DNA of 64,000 nt, from the NCBI RefSeq assembly GCF_009914755.1, contig NC_060937.1; one strand, written 5' to 3'. The notes beneath the pieces are model-generated. The model made no database searches, was not told where the DNA came from, and saw only the letters and a program-made list of their open reading frames with translations. Source of the DNA: the human T2T-CHM13v2.0 reference genome, Homo sapiens. Below are positions 13,761 to 27,365 of the stretch, one piece after another. The position numbers were made by a program, and so were the translations under genes. Numbering within the stretch: position 1 is the first letter of the stretch; the number at the start of each line of letters is the position of its first letter.

Positions 13761-14689
13761 TAATAGGTGGCTTTTTCTGGTTTATTTCAGAGAACACAGA
13801 GGGAAGCTTGTGTCATGGTGTCCATTTTTTTTAAATTTTTTTGAAAGATGAATCATTGTAATATATTGCATATGATTATTCCAATATTTTAGATAAACAA
13901 AAGTTTAGAGCAGGGAAGAAATATCCTCATTTTTATATATAGTAAATAATAAAGACAAAATTTGAACCCAATTCTAAATTTAAGGACTTTTCCCTTGCCA
14001 AGATAAATGATTTTCAAATTCTCAGGGTTGAAAGCTGTCATCCTGCCAATCACGGTTATTCCAAGTTTACACCCTCAACTTCACTTTAGAAGAGAACTTT
14101 TCTTTATCTCTTTTATACTTTTTCTTACTTTTTCTTGTCTAGAGCTTACTATAATAATTCAAATGTGTTAGCCTTTTCCATGCTCCCATAGCGCTCCATA
14201 CCTATTTCAATCACAGCATACCACTTTGTACTCTAATCATCTGTTTCATTATGGAACAAGATAATTATTAACACTTTTTTAAAAAATCAGCAATGCTAAT
14301 ATAGCTGGCAAAAAAGTAGCCTGTTGAAAGCAACCTTAAAAATCATATAGAATAGTAAACTTTATGTATTCTGGTGTTCTCAGCTTTGTAAAGGTATTGG
14401 ATATATTGTACATGGAAATCTGGGATTTGAAAAACAAGGATGGTGGTCTTGAATTGCTGCACTGTAAGATAAACATTTGGCATGGAGAAAGGGTGCCATC
14501 GTCTGATGTCTTTTGGTGAGCAAAGACCTCAACAACACTAAAGGATTCTGGGGTCACGGGACCAGAGGGTGGTACTCTGAGCTGATGCTGCAGGAGGGGC
14601 ACTTCCTTGTGTATCTAAGACTGGGATACTTTTGAGACTATCTGGTTATGTTTGTCAGGTAAGAGCTGACCATGGGGGAAGCACGAATG

Positions 14690-15170
14690 GTGCCAAAAAT
14701 AAACAAAACTGGACACTAGTTAAAATGTTAAGGACACATTTTAATCAGTAATAACTATTGCAATAGAAACAATAGTCAAGCACAAACTGATCTCAACTTC
14801 AATTTGTACAGTGACTGGGTGTTTTCACCTAAGAATAAAGGAGTAGGGAGGGAGGGAATGGAAGCTCTGTTGAGGCAGAAAATTGAAACATTGCAAACTG
14901 TGGAAATAGAAGGTAGGTCTGTGTGAAACCTGTCTGGGTTTGCTGATGTTTATGGAAGTCAGGCACCTACCCTTACACAAAGACTAGGAGACAGGGGTAC
15001 TAATTTCAAGTGTTGCCTGCAATAAATAGTAAATTCTTTTGACAGCCTTGTGTTTTCTCAGGCAGGCACTTTAAGAGGGACTAGGGTCATCCTAGGGAGG
15101 CAGCTTTGAGCTGCTAATAACTCAGTTACTGTTTGCTCAAGTCTTTATAGGCCAAGGTGGAAGGCCAGTT
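14690..15170 (-). mobile_element. ERV1-class LTR (MER31/MER67-like)
   Basis: tgccaaaaataaacaaaactggacactagttaaa...tattgcaatag...ctcaacttcaatttgtacag...gtctttataggccaagg, recalled as this LTR group in antisense. Confidence 0.55.
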
Positions 15171-15199
15171 GTTTTGAAATAGTTGTAACAGCTATTTGT

Positions 15200-15370
15200 T
15201 ACGGCACTTATAGTTACTATTCCAGGGACATTACAGACATTATCTCATTTAATACTTAGAATAACTGTAAAGTAGGTACTGTTATTTTGCTCAAAACTGA
15301 GACTTAGAGGCATTAAACTACTTGGCCAGCATTATATATTTAGTTATTGGTAAAATCAGGATTATATCAA
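15200..15370 (-). mobile_element. MIR
   Basis: cattatctcatttaat...gtaggtactgttatt...aaactgagacttagag. Confidence 0.6.
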
Positions 15371-15615
15371 GATCAAAAGACAAATTGTTTAATTATACAG
15401 GCTGTACTCTAAATCCTAGACATTATTTTGTAGCTAGTCAGAAGCAATAGGTTGGAACTATTTAAAATGGAATCCGTATAAATTAAACTCTTATTCATTA
15501 TCAATCTTTTTTTTTCAAATTGAACAAATATTTATTGATCATATTGAATCAGGTGCTTGTGCTCTAAGTGATAAATCAATCTCAAATATTAAAAAACTGA
15601 GAAAAGGAATTATGT

Positions 15616-16215
15616 CTTTTATTATTATTATTATTATTATTATTATACTTTAAGTTTTAGGGTACATGTGCACAATGTGCAGGTTAGTTACATATGTATA
15701 CATGTGACATGCTGGTGCGCTGCACCCACTAACTCGTCATCTAGCATTAGGTATATCTCCCAATGCTATCCCTCCCCCCTCCCGCCTCCCCCCACCCCAC
15801 AACAGTCCCTAGAGTGTGATGTTCCCCTTCCTGTGTCCATGTGTTCTCATTGTTCAATTCCCACCTATGACTGAGAATATGCGGTGTTTGATTTTTCGTT
15901 CTTGCGATAGTTTACTGAGAATGATGATTTCCAACTTCATCCATGTCCCTACAAAGGACATGAACTCATCATTTTTTATGGCTGCATAGTATTCCATGGT
16001 GTATATGTGCCACATTTTCTTAATCCAGTCTATCCTTGTTGGACATTTGGGTTGGTTCCAAGTATTTGCTATTGTGAATAGTGCCACAATAAACATAAGT
16101 GTGCATGTGTCTTTATAGCAGCATGATTTATAGTCCTTTGGGTATATACCCAGTAATGGGATGGCTGGGTCAAATGGTATTTCTAGTTCTAGATCCCTGA
16201 GGAATCGCCACACTG
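15616..16215 (-). mobile_element. 5'-truncated young L1 (L1PA2-like): ORF2 C-terminus + 3'UTR + (TAA)n tail
   Basis: ORF 15854-16213 is the L1 ORF2p end (WRFLRDLELEIPFDPAIPLLGIYPK...). The 3'UTR has attgggagata and gctagatgacgagttagtggg on the - strand. Confidence 0.97.
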
Positions 16216-16819
16216 CTCAAAGTATTACATATGGAATATTTTGCTTTTTTTCATTCCATCCCACTCTTGAACTCAGATATTACAGACTATAAAATATAAA
16301 GTTTAAGAAATGGAATAATTCTGGGAATAGATTAAACCTCTCATAATGCAGTTCAAGTTATAGTCATTTTTGGTGTTTTCACCATATTGAATTTATCATC
16401 TGAGTAGTACAAACTTTTATTTCTTTGGCAATCTATCTTTTAGTGTGGAAATTAAAGATGCAAAATGGCCAAGTGGAGGAAATCAGAGGCTGCAAGTGTC
16501 CTGGGGCATGAACCAAGGCTCTAGCTCTTTCTCCTTTTGGCCTGACTTGCTGAGAAAGGCAGCTTTTCTCAGTATGACTGATGTTGTAGTCATCTCTCCT
16601 CTTTCTCTTGGTTTATGACTTGATATATGACTTTTTCCTCAGACTCTTCAGTGTAGTGTGTAGTTTTTATCCTGACTTTAATTCAGTGTATCTAAAATTA
16701 AGCACAGGCTTTATGCCTGGAACTTATGTAATCTTAGAACTGAAAATGTGCATAACATAAACATAGACTGATTTGGACTCGTTCTCATGTTATAGACTCT
16801 GTTGCAGATGAGATTGAAA

Positions 16820-17290
16820 CTTTACATATTCACTACTTATTTTACCATGGGAAAATTACTTAAACTCTCCAGCCTTCAATTATTCTCATTTGCAACATGA
16901 GAATAATAATAACTGTCACATAAATGTGTTCAGAGGTTAATAGAGATGACAAATATAAAGTGCCTTGACATTGTTTTCAGTAAATGATTAATAAGATAAT
17001 CACCATTATAGTATGTAAGTCCCCAATACTGGTTTTTTTCCATCTTCCAGTTACAAACTGGCTAACAACATTACCTTTAGCAATAATCCCTTTTAACAGC
17101 ATCTCAAGACATACACATTAGCAGCCTGATTGTCACTAATTTTTAAGAGCTTTGTGACTTTGAGTAAGCAGTTTTCTCTCTGAGCCTCAGTTTACAAATC
17201 TATAAAATAAGAACACTAACCATGCATAACAGGATCACAAGGACTAGTATCAAAAGTAAATTGTAAATCCCAAAGCACAGTGTAAATGCT
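16820..17290 (+). mobile_element. Two MIR fragments
   Basis: ggaaaattacttaaactctc...ctcatttgcaacatgagaataataa, and tgtgactttgagtaag...ctctgagcctcagttt...tctataaaata. Confidence 0.6.
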
Positions 17291-17547
17291 TCAACTCTTC
17301 ATGGTCAGGTTTTGGATCAGTATTGCCATTCTAACATGTTATAAACATGGAGTTTGAGGGGCAGATGCAGACAGGCTTACTTGAGAATACTGAGAAAAAT
17401 ACAATTGTCTAATTAGTTATCAAACATAAATAGGTATATCTGTAGAATCTACCCACCAATCATCAAGATTGTCATAAATTATTATGCTAGCAGACTTGAA
17501 TCAATTTAGCATTATAAGTCAAACTATATGTGATTATATAACTTTGA

Positions 17548-17838
<291 letters not shown>

Positions 17839-17974
17839 TAATTTCTGTAAAATGATATTATTAATCTGGAATATCATCTTTAAAAGTGGATGAATGATTA
17901 TCAAACAAAAGGGACACATATTTGAGCCTTACCCAGCTTTGCCTATAAGTCATGGAATGTCCTAAGTCATGGGA

Positions 17975-18185
17975 GTATAAATTAATCTAATATATGTACA
18001 TATATATACATATATACATTAATCTAATATATACACATAGATATGTGTACATAGATTTACTTATGTACATATATACTATATATACACATACATATACAAT
18101 TGCTGGATATGTATGATATATTTATACATAATTATATACTTTACATATAAGATAATTATATCTTATATATTTCATATATATATCC
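17975..18185. repeat. (TA/CA)-rich low-complexity tract
   Basis: tatatacacata-type degenerate repeat. Confidence 0.75.
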
Positions 18186-20399
18186 TGTTGCATTAGTCAA
18201 AATATGGATATGAAGCTTATCATTTTAAAAATCACTGCTTGTTTTTTAATATTCAGTATCACATTAGATAATTTTTATTACAGGCACATTTTAAGAAACA
18301 TACTTTATTTTCTGAAAACTGATAAATGAAATTATTGAGTAGAAGTGCTGATAAATATATTTTCTATTTATATATATATTTTAAACAGTAGTTTCAAACG
18401 TCTATCAACAGTTCCAAAATAGCATTTCCAAGACAGATGCATACTCAGTAATCCATGAAGATAAGAAATGAATGATACAGGAATTTAATATGGAAATATC
18501 TGGTAAACACAATGGTAATCGTTGTGAAAAATGATTATAAATTTACAATTATATTTACTAACTTGTTGAATTTTTTTATTAAACAAGACTGGAATTTTCT
18601 CAATTTCAAAAATAAGGCTTACAAGCTGGAATCAAAAATAGCTGATTTCTGATACATAGTATAAACACTGAGAATCAAAGAGATTTCAGTTAACAAAGAA
18701 AACACCCAACTCAAGGTAAGAGTATGAAGGTGAACAAGATATCCATGAAAGAAAGGAAATGTAGTTTTCAGATGGCTTATACAATTAGGTCAATTCATTT
18801 TTTAATTGCTTTTTCTTTTGAAAGTTCTTTTGAGAGGGTTTAACATAATAGTTATTTTAAGAACAAAACATCTTTCTTCCCCTATTCTCATATTTGATCA
18901 TTAAAATTTTTAGTACCAAGGGAAATGTACTGCATTACCCTTTGAATCAGCTAAATTATATGAATAAATTAGGTATCTGTAACAAAGAGCTCACCTATTT
19001 CTTGATGTAACAGTCATTAACTAATTAAAAAGAATGATTTGGAATATACATTATACTCTGCTTACTTTGTCTTCTTTTTCAGTGAACTGCATGGGATTAT
19101 TATTAGAATAAATATGTCAAAATGGCATAAATTGTTTTAGAATTTACCATAACAGGTTTAGTTGTTGTGGTGAAGGAGAGCATTGATCTTCCACTAAAAT
19201 TATTCAGAATAAACATAGGTGATAACCAAAAGGGCAAAAATACAGGTATTTTTGTATCTTCTTAGAGAACTGATCACCTGTAACATTTAATGTTAAATAT
19301 AAAATGTCTATCAAGAAAATCTATATTGTGATAAAACCATTAATATAAAGAAATAAATATAAAATTAAAAATAACTAAATGCATATGCAATATATTTTTA
19401 AGGGTACTAGAAAAATCTATATTATATGTTTCATAACATTTCTACTTTAATAGTTCATCACCTCTAGAATTTAATCTCCATGCCAGCAGGAGGTAAGTGC
19501 TTTGTCCTCTGTTCTATATCAAGTACATAGATTAGAACCCCTCATAAGTCAATAATCAATAAACAGTAATTGAGATATAAATGGAAAACGACATTCTAAT
19601 AGGTTCAAAATTAAACAATACTTAATAGAATATTTAATATGAACAAGTCACTGTTAAGAAATTTTTCTTTTAACATTTATTGAAACTTAAACATTATTTA
19701 GGAGCATACATCATATTTTAAAATATATTATTTTTAAATTTTAGCCATATATTGCAGTGGACAGAGAATGCATTTGGAATCAAAACCAGGATATATTCCT
19801 GACCTTAGGCTTGATTCATTATGTGACATATCTCTTTACTGGTTCCTGTTACTTCTCTAATTGCACAATATAGAAGATAGCTTTGATATTTTTATCATGA
19901 AGTTGGCTTCTCTACCTAGATGAGACTTTTCAGTGATAGAGTTTGTATTGTCTCAGTGGAAATGAATCTTCGGAGTTAGTGAGTTTTTTTTTTTTTTTTT
20001 TTTACTGGAATTCTCCAAACCAAAACCGGGAAATAGATAATTATGACTTGCAGGTGCTATAGAGAGGATCCTACATCAAATATCAAATAGTATAGTACAT
20101 TGGCTTTCAAACTGTACTCTGTAAATTTCTAGGTATTCATTTCCAATTGCCAATAATCCCGTTTGGTAATAAAGGGAGAGACAAGGAGATGGTGCTCTAG
20201 AGACTCCAATCATGCTTAAGCAGGACAGATGGACTTTACCTAGTTTATATATTGGGTGTGCATAAGGGATTTCTCCTAAGGAAAGTAGCATGTAGGTATT
20301 TAAGCTCAATAGCCACAGCATTAAAGACTCTTTGAGGTCCATTATAACTTTGAGGTTCCATAATTCCATAAATACACAAAATAAAGATATCATTTGGCT

Positions 20400-20770
20400 C
20401 CATACATATTCTGTTAACTCTTTTCGCTTTGAGTGTATACTGTCCTTTCTGTAGGAGGATTATATTACTCCCATTCTGTGAACCACGTGATTTGTTTTGG
20501 CCAATGGAGTGTGAGTAAAAGTGAATTGTGTTTCTTAATGCAAATGGTTTAAGATATAACAAATATTTTTATGTGTTTTCTTTTTTCTGTTTCTACCATA
20601 CTGATGCACCTGTTAAGATGAGTTTTCATCAGCCTGTAAACCTCAATGACTATGATGAGCCCAGCCCCTACTAACCTACTGTGGACATGTAGGAAGAGTA
20701 AAACATGAACTTTATTACTGTGAGATCTAGGAAATTCTTACTTGTTGTTGATGTATAGTACACCCTGAGA
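20400..20770 (+). mobile_element. MaLR LTR (MLT1J-like), decayed
   Basis: ccacgtgatttgttttggccaatggagtgtgagtaaaagtga and catcagcctg...atgactatgatgagc...tggacatgtag motifs. Confidence 0.6.
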
Positions 20771-21255
20771 AAAGAAGAAAGTACCAAAATGCTTGAAAAT
20801 GTTGAGTCAAACCATTCATTTAGTGGAAGCCAGAGTCTTTTACTGCCTCCATGGTTTGAGTGGAAGTAAAGTGCAAAGCACAAGCACACTCAAAGTTTGA
20901 TGACAAATGATCAAATTCCCACCACCCACTTAATTTTTAGCTTTTTGAAATAGGACTTCTGCCCTCACACCTATGTGAAAAATTTGCTTTCTTAAAGATA
21001 ACCAACAATAATCTACCTACCAAATACGTGAGCTTTTCTCAGTCCATTTCTTTTATCATTTCATTGTTTTTTACACACTAATCCTTCTCTTTAAAACAAT
21101 CCCTTCCATAACTTGCAGTCTTCCTCATGATCTCTGCTCTCAGCTTTTCTTCTGAGTTCCTTTAGCTTTCTCTCTAAACATAGAAGTTTTCCACTGATGG
21201 TTTATGCTTGAATCATATTCTTTATCTTAAATTTTTTTTCTCATTACTGCAAGGC

Positions 21256-21570
21256 TTTTTATTTATTTTTCTTTCTTTCTTTTCTGTTCTCTTTATTTAT
21301 TTATTTTAGAGGCAGAGTCTTGCTCTGTCACCCAGACTGGAGTGCAGTGGCAAGGCCATAGTTCATGTCAACCTTAGCTCATGCCTCAGCCTCCCAAGTG
21401 GCTAGGACTACAGGTAAATCTCACCATGCCTTTCTACTTTTTAAAAATTTTTGTAGAGACAAGGTCTCACTGTGTTGCCCAGACTGGTCTCAAACTTCTG
21501 GTCTCAAGTAATCCTCCCACCTCAGCTTCTTAAAATGCTGGGATTATAGGCATGAGCCAAACTGCCCAAC
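21256..21570 (-). mobile_element. Alu (AluJ-like)
   Basis: Divergent dimer with aggtctcactgtgttgcccag and ctcaagtaatcctcccacc. TSD ctgcaaggcttt / ctacaagacttt. Confidence 0.9.
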
Positions 21571-21769
21571 TGCTACAAGACTTTAGTTACAGTAGTTGAC
21601 CAAATTACACTTGTATCTCCTCTTATGTTTTTATATTCTAAGTTTATACATGAAGGTCCTTCTGGTAATTCCATATTAAGATTGTATTTCTCTTATGAAC
21701 TTTATTAATTTGAGAATTTCAATTTCTAGCAAAAAACATTTCTTATAAATCACCTGTTAAATTTATTAG

Positions 21770-22470
21770 CGTGTGTCTTCTTTTTTTTTCTATTTTTTTT
21801 TTTACTTTAAGTTTTAGGGTACCTACAACTAAGTACATGCTCCCACATAACTGTAATTCAAAAGTCACAATCAGAAAATCAATATTGATTCATTATGGCC
21901 ACTTAATCTTTAAATCCCATTCAAGTTTTGTCAGTGATCTTTATATTGTTCTTCATAGCAAATTGATCAGGTTCAGAATCACCCAAGTCATCACTCTTTA
22001 ATCTCCTTCGATCGTGTAACATTCTCAGTGTTTCCTTGACTTTCATGATCTTAAAACCTTTGAAGATTACCAGAAAACCATTCTGTAGAATGTTCCTCAA
22101 TCTGAGTTAGCTTATGCTTCCTTATTATTAGATACAGGTCATGTATCTTTGCCAGGAATATCACAGAGGCTATACTGAGTTCTCTGTGTATCTTATTAGG
22201 TGACATATGATTTTGACTTTTCTCAGTACTAATGATGATCACTTTGATAAGTTGAGTAAGATTGTGTCTGCCAGGTTACTCCATTGTAGAGGTACTCTTT
22301 ATTCTTTGAAATTAACAAATATTTTATAGGCACATTGATAGTATATAAATACCCAAGTTCCTTATCAAACGTTCCATTTGTTTATTTTATTTACAACAGA
22401 ATAGACTCATGACTTCCCATTTTATACAGTGAGTTAAAATCAACTACTATTATTATTTATTTGGTCAGTA
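21770..22470 (-). mobile_element. Old L1 3' region (L1MC4/5-like)
   Basis: ttctgtagaatgttcctcaatctgagtt...attagatacaggtcatgtatctttgccaggaatatcacagagg, typical of the antisense L1MC 3'UTR. Confidence 0.65.
21781..21822 (-). mobile_element. Ultra-short L1PA 3' terminus (20 nt) + polyA
   Basis: tactttaagttttagggtac (21803-21822) is identical to the L1PA end at 15646-15665 and is preceded by a T tract. Confidence 0.8.
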
Positions 22471-23569
22471 AGAAAGCCCCCTCTTTAACCTTCTCTCACC
22501 CTCTTCACTTTCCAACACTCAGCTCTGATAATCAGATCTCATCCTCCATGGCTGCCTAGCTGAGACCCGCTAGTACACATGCCTTCCTTGTAGTGTGCTT
22601 CATGATAGTTTTATGACTGAGTTGCTTTGGAAAGTAAAAGGAAGGATGGGAAAGGGAAGAAAAACAGAAACAATGTTTTAACTTTTTATTAATAAATATG
22701 CTGTTTTGTTGCAGTATTTAGACAGTTAAATATTGTTTTAAGAGTACAAATGTTCTTTTACAAAATAGTGAATGTGATATGGTGGTTATGGGGTATCTGT
22801 GTTTATATGTGAGTATATTTTCCCCAAAGAGAAGTAGTGTGTCATAGTCACAAACCATCTGCTAATAAGATTTGTATAAAACTAAAATTTGAAGTTAGAA
22901 AAATACTATTATGTGTCTAAATGTGAAATATTAACCATATAACTGTTGCTTCTATATTAGGACCATTTTCAGAGGCATAGTATAGAAACATCAGAATTAT
23001 CTTTAAATTTTCTCACTCTCTTATCTCCTACAAAATTCTGTTTCATGTTTGCAGTATTTTTTAAATATCTTTTTTTTTTTAATTTTCATTGACTTTCAAT
23101 GTTCTCTTTCTGAACCTTGGTTATTTTCCCTGTTTTGCCAGAATGCTGCAAAACTGGTCTTCCTACTATAATTTTATGTCTCCATCTTACATGTATTACC
23201 AGATTAATTGTCCTCTCCTTTAATACACAGGACAATAAAGGCATTTAATAATATCCAGGATCTGTTTTCTAACTTAACTTCTTAATGTTTTCTTTAATTT
23301 CTTCCATAATTGTCACTTCAGCTAATGTAGAAGATTATTATGCCTTTTGCAAACCCTTGGATTTCTGGTCTGGGCCTTCATCTTCCATTTTCATCAATAG
23401 AATTCTCTTCTTTACTACTCTGTTTGCTCAGATAGTCACCAACACTTAAAGCCTAGCTCAAATGCTGACTACTCTATGAAATGTTACTTGTGTATTCTGG
23501 ATAGAAGCACATCCACCCAATTCTTAACCAAATGACATATATTCTTTTTCACCATGGGTTTCATTTTTA

Positions 23570-24300
23570 GGACATGCCAGATGCTATTTTAAGTACTTTA
23601 TAAATATTCACTAATTTAGTTCTCAAAACAACTCTATGAGATAGTTACCATTGTTAACCTAATTTAAAAGATTAGAAAACAAAACTCCAGATTGTTTAAG
23701 CAATTCTTTTGCACAGTTTGACTCCTGAATCCATGTAATAAGTTTTACGTTGTGTGGCTGATGTTATTTATAGATATATATTTACCATTTTAACAAAAAT
23801 CTAAAGAGAGAATCAGTCATTTCTCTCCTCAAGTCCTACTCAAATGCATTGCATTTATAAGGGATTCGAAAAATATTCTAATATACACTTAATAAACAAA
23901 AGTGTTAACATTTATTGAGCCCATATTGTGGAGAAGTAACATTACTGTACAATTTGCATTAATCAGTTTATTCTTCTGGTACCTACATAATAGGTACTAT
24001 TACAACATTTTAAAGGTTAGGAAGTTGATCAGAATAAGTTGCAAGCCACTTATTTTCTCATTACCTGCACCAGAAAGTACAGATTGGGAACATTTGAGTA
24101 TGTGATCTATAAATTCTTTGACAGCTTGAAGAGGTCATCTCTTTTCAGGCTGGCAACAGCCATGTCATCAAAGAATGTTATCCCTTCTTATAAACAGGGA
24201 AACTCAAGTTTAGAGTTTGGCTATTTAGCCCAAATCACACATTTATAATAAGCACTTCCTGGATTTCAACCCATTATTTTCTGATTCTCAAATCCAAGAG
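23570..24300 (-). mobile_element. Cluster of MIR fragments
   Basis: tttagttctcaaaacaactctatgagatag, taacatttattgagc and ggatttcaaccc...tctgattc motifs. Confidence 0.55.
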
Positions 24301-24427
24301 ATTCACTTTTCTCCCTTCGACTGCCACACTTGCTCCACAAAAGGATGAACATATAAAGGGAGGAATTGTGCTCTTACATGTCCTTCTCAAAGCAACCTTT
24401 GGGAAACTAAGACCAGAGTATCAGTTT

Positions 24428-24556
24428 GAGTATGAGCAATACATTAGCAATCAAGAAAAACATTTCACCACATTCATGTATACACAGTGCAGTTTCTACA
24501 GAGAGCAAAATGTGAAACTGTCTTGCCTCTAGGTACCAGACATCAGGTCAATAACA
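24428..24556 (+). repeat. Source copy of a 129-bp local duplication (partner 26344-26472)
   Basis: Ungapped alignment, 14 mismatches in 129 bp by manual count. Confidence 0.95.
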
Positions 24557-25798
24557 AAGTGGCAGACTTCCATAAGAAGTGCAAACAAATATTTTCTATG
24601 CCACTGAATATATTAGTGGTTTTAAAGGAGTGACATAAATTATATTCAAAATGATAAAGTAGCTATGAAGATGTGATTGATTGTATCATCTAATTTCTCA
24701 GAATGTTATCTTACAAGTCAATTTAATTGGCGAACAGGGAATACTTCTGCACCTCCTCAAAATAGTCTTTGGAAAAAGAATAGGCTTACCTTGCCAAATC
24801 AATTCAATTGTTAAAGAAAAATGAGTTTGGAAACTAAACAAACAATGCAGCAAAAACAATGGATTGTTATAAATTTCTAAACTTTATAAACTTTATAGCT
24901 ATCATAATCAAAAAAACAAAATTAAGGTTGTGGCTTAGAAATTTTAAGAACACAATATCAGCAGTGTACAAGTGTTAACTGAAATTTAACCCTTCATCAA
25001 TAGTAGCTATTTTTTAGCATATGTTCTACAAAAGGCCAGAAGTTTATGACATTCTCCCACTGTTTTTAAAAACAACAACACTTCTCACTATGGAGGTGAA
25101 TCTGAGTGAGGGCATGAGAATGGCCAGAATTACTACTTTGTTGTTGTACAGACATACCTTGTTTTATTGCATTTCACTTTGCTGTGCTTTAAAAACATTG
25201 AACTCTTTACAAATTGAAGATCTGTGGCAACTCTAGGTTGAGCAAGTCCATTGGCAGTAATTTTCCAACAGCATGTGTTTCCTTCATATGTCTGTGTCAT
25301 ATTTTAGTAATTCTTGCAATACTTAAGCTTTTTTATTGTTATTATATCTGTTATGGTGAACTGTGATCAGTTATCTTTGATGTTCCTAGTAATTGCTTTA
25401 GGGTACCATGAAATTTGGCCATAAAAGATGGAAAACTTAATGATAAAACTATGTGTTTTGACTGCTCCACCTACTACTGGCTTTTCCTCCATCTCTCTCC
25501 CTCTCCTTTGGTCTCCCTATTTCCTGAACACAGGAATATTAAAATTATGCCAATTAATAACCCTATAATGTTCTCTAAGTGTTCAAGTTAAAAGAGGATT
25601 AGTAGCACCTCTTCTACTTTAAGTTCAAGGCAGACATGATTATCTTAGCGAAGAAGTTATGGTTGAAAGTCAAGATAGGCTGAAAGATAGGCCTACTGTG
25701 CCACACAGTTAACCATCTTGTGAAGGCAAAGGAAAAGCTCGTAAAGGAAATTAAAAGTGCTACTTTGGTGAACACAGAAATGATAAGAAAGCAAAACA

Positions 25799-27365
25799 TA
25801 AATTCTTTGTCTGAGCCAAAGTCCAGAAGAGTTTTTCCTATGTTTTCCTCTAGAATTTTTATAGTTTCAAGTCTTACATTTAGTCTTTAATCCATCTTAA
25901 TTTTTATATATGGTGAGAAAAGGAGTCTAGCTTAGCTGCTTCCTTTTATCAATTTCTTTCAGTGTCATTTATCAAATGCTTTTGTATCATTTATCAAATG
26001 ATACAAAAAAATCAAATGATACAAAATTTATCAAATGATACTGAAAAAAATATCAATTTTTTTCAGTATCATTTATCAAATGCAGTTTCATTACCCCATT
26101 GTATATTTTTATCAACTTTGTCAAAAATCAGTTGGTTTTAGTGAGAGGCTTTATTTCTGGGTTTTCAATTCTGTTCTATTGATCTATGTATCTCTTTTTG
26201 TACTAGTATCATGTGGTTTTTGTTTATACAGGCTTGAAGTATAATTTGAAGTCAGGTAATATGATGCCTCCAGCTTTATTCTTTTTGCTGAGGATTGATT
26301 TGGCTATTCAGGCTCTTTTTGATTCCATATGAATTTTAGATCAGAGTATGAGCAATGTGTTAGCAGTAGAGAAAAACATTCCACCACATTCATGTATACA
26401 CAGTACAGTTTCTACAGAGAGCAAAATGTGAAACTGCCTTGCCTGTAGTTACTGGACTTCAGGTCAATAACATTAGGATTAGGATTGTGGTTTCCGAATT
26501 CTGTGAAAAATAGCATTGATAATTTGATAGAAATTGCATTGAATCTGTAGATTGCTTTGGGCAGTATGGTAATTTTAACAATATTGATACTTCCGATTAA
26601 GGAGCATAGGATATTTTTCCATTTGTTTGTGTCATCTACAATTTTTTTTCTGTGTTTTGTAGTTCTCCTTGGGGAGAATTTTTACCTCCTTGGTTAAATA
26701 TATTCTTAGTTATTTTACTTTTATGGCTTTTTAAATGGGACTGGCATCCTTCTTGATTTGGTTTTCTGCTTGATTGTTATTGATATATAAACATGCTACT
26801 ATTTTTTTGTACATTAATTTTGTGTCTGAAACTTCACTGAGGTAACTTATTAAGTTGAGGAGTCTTTTGGAGGAGTCTTTGTGTCAAAAAAACACCTGCA
26901 CTGGTATATTTATCACAGCACTATTCACAATAGCAAAGTCATTGAATCAACCTCAGTGTCCATCAATGGAGTGTTGGATAGAGAATACGTGGTATATATA
27001 TATATACTATGGAATAGTACTCATCCATAAAAAAAAATGTCTTTTTCAGCAACATGGGTGGAGTTGAAGGCCATTATCCTAAGTGAAATAACACAGAAAG
27101 AGAAAATCAAATATTGCATGTTCTTACTTGTAAGTGGGAGCTAAACATTAGGTACACAAGGTCATACAGAGGTAAATAATAGACACTGGGGACTCGAAGG
27201 TTGAGGGGTAAGGGTTGAAAAATTACCTGTTGAGGACAATGTGTACTATGTGGGGAATGGGTACACTAGAAGCCCAAACCTCATCATTTTGCAATATATC
27301 CATGTAACAATTTGCACTTGTATTCCTTGAGTCTATAAAAATAAAATAACTCTTAAAAAAAAATA
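25799..27365 (+). mobile_element. 5'-inverted (twin-primed) L1, L1PB4/L1PA17-like, nested in Tigger1
   Basis: TSD aagaaagcaaaaca at 25785-25798 and 27366-27379. 25799-~26880 is antisense ORF2 sequence. ~26881-27365 is the sense ORF2 end, 3'UTR and polyA. Confidence 0.9.
26344..26472 (+). repeat. 129-bp templated copy of 24428-24556 inserted inside the L1
   Basis: The L1 reads gaattttag before the insert and resumes ttaggattg after it. Confidence 0.93.
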
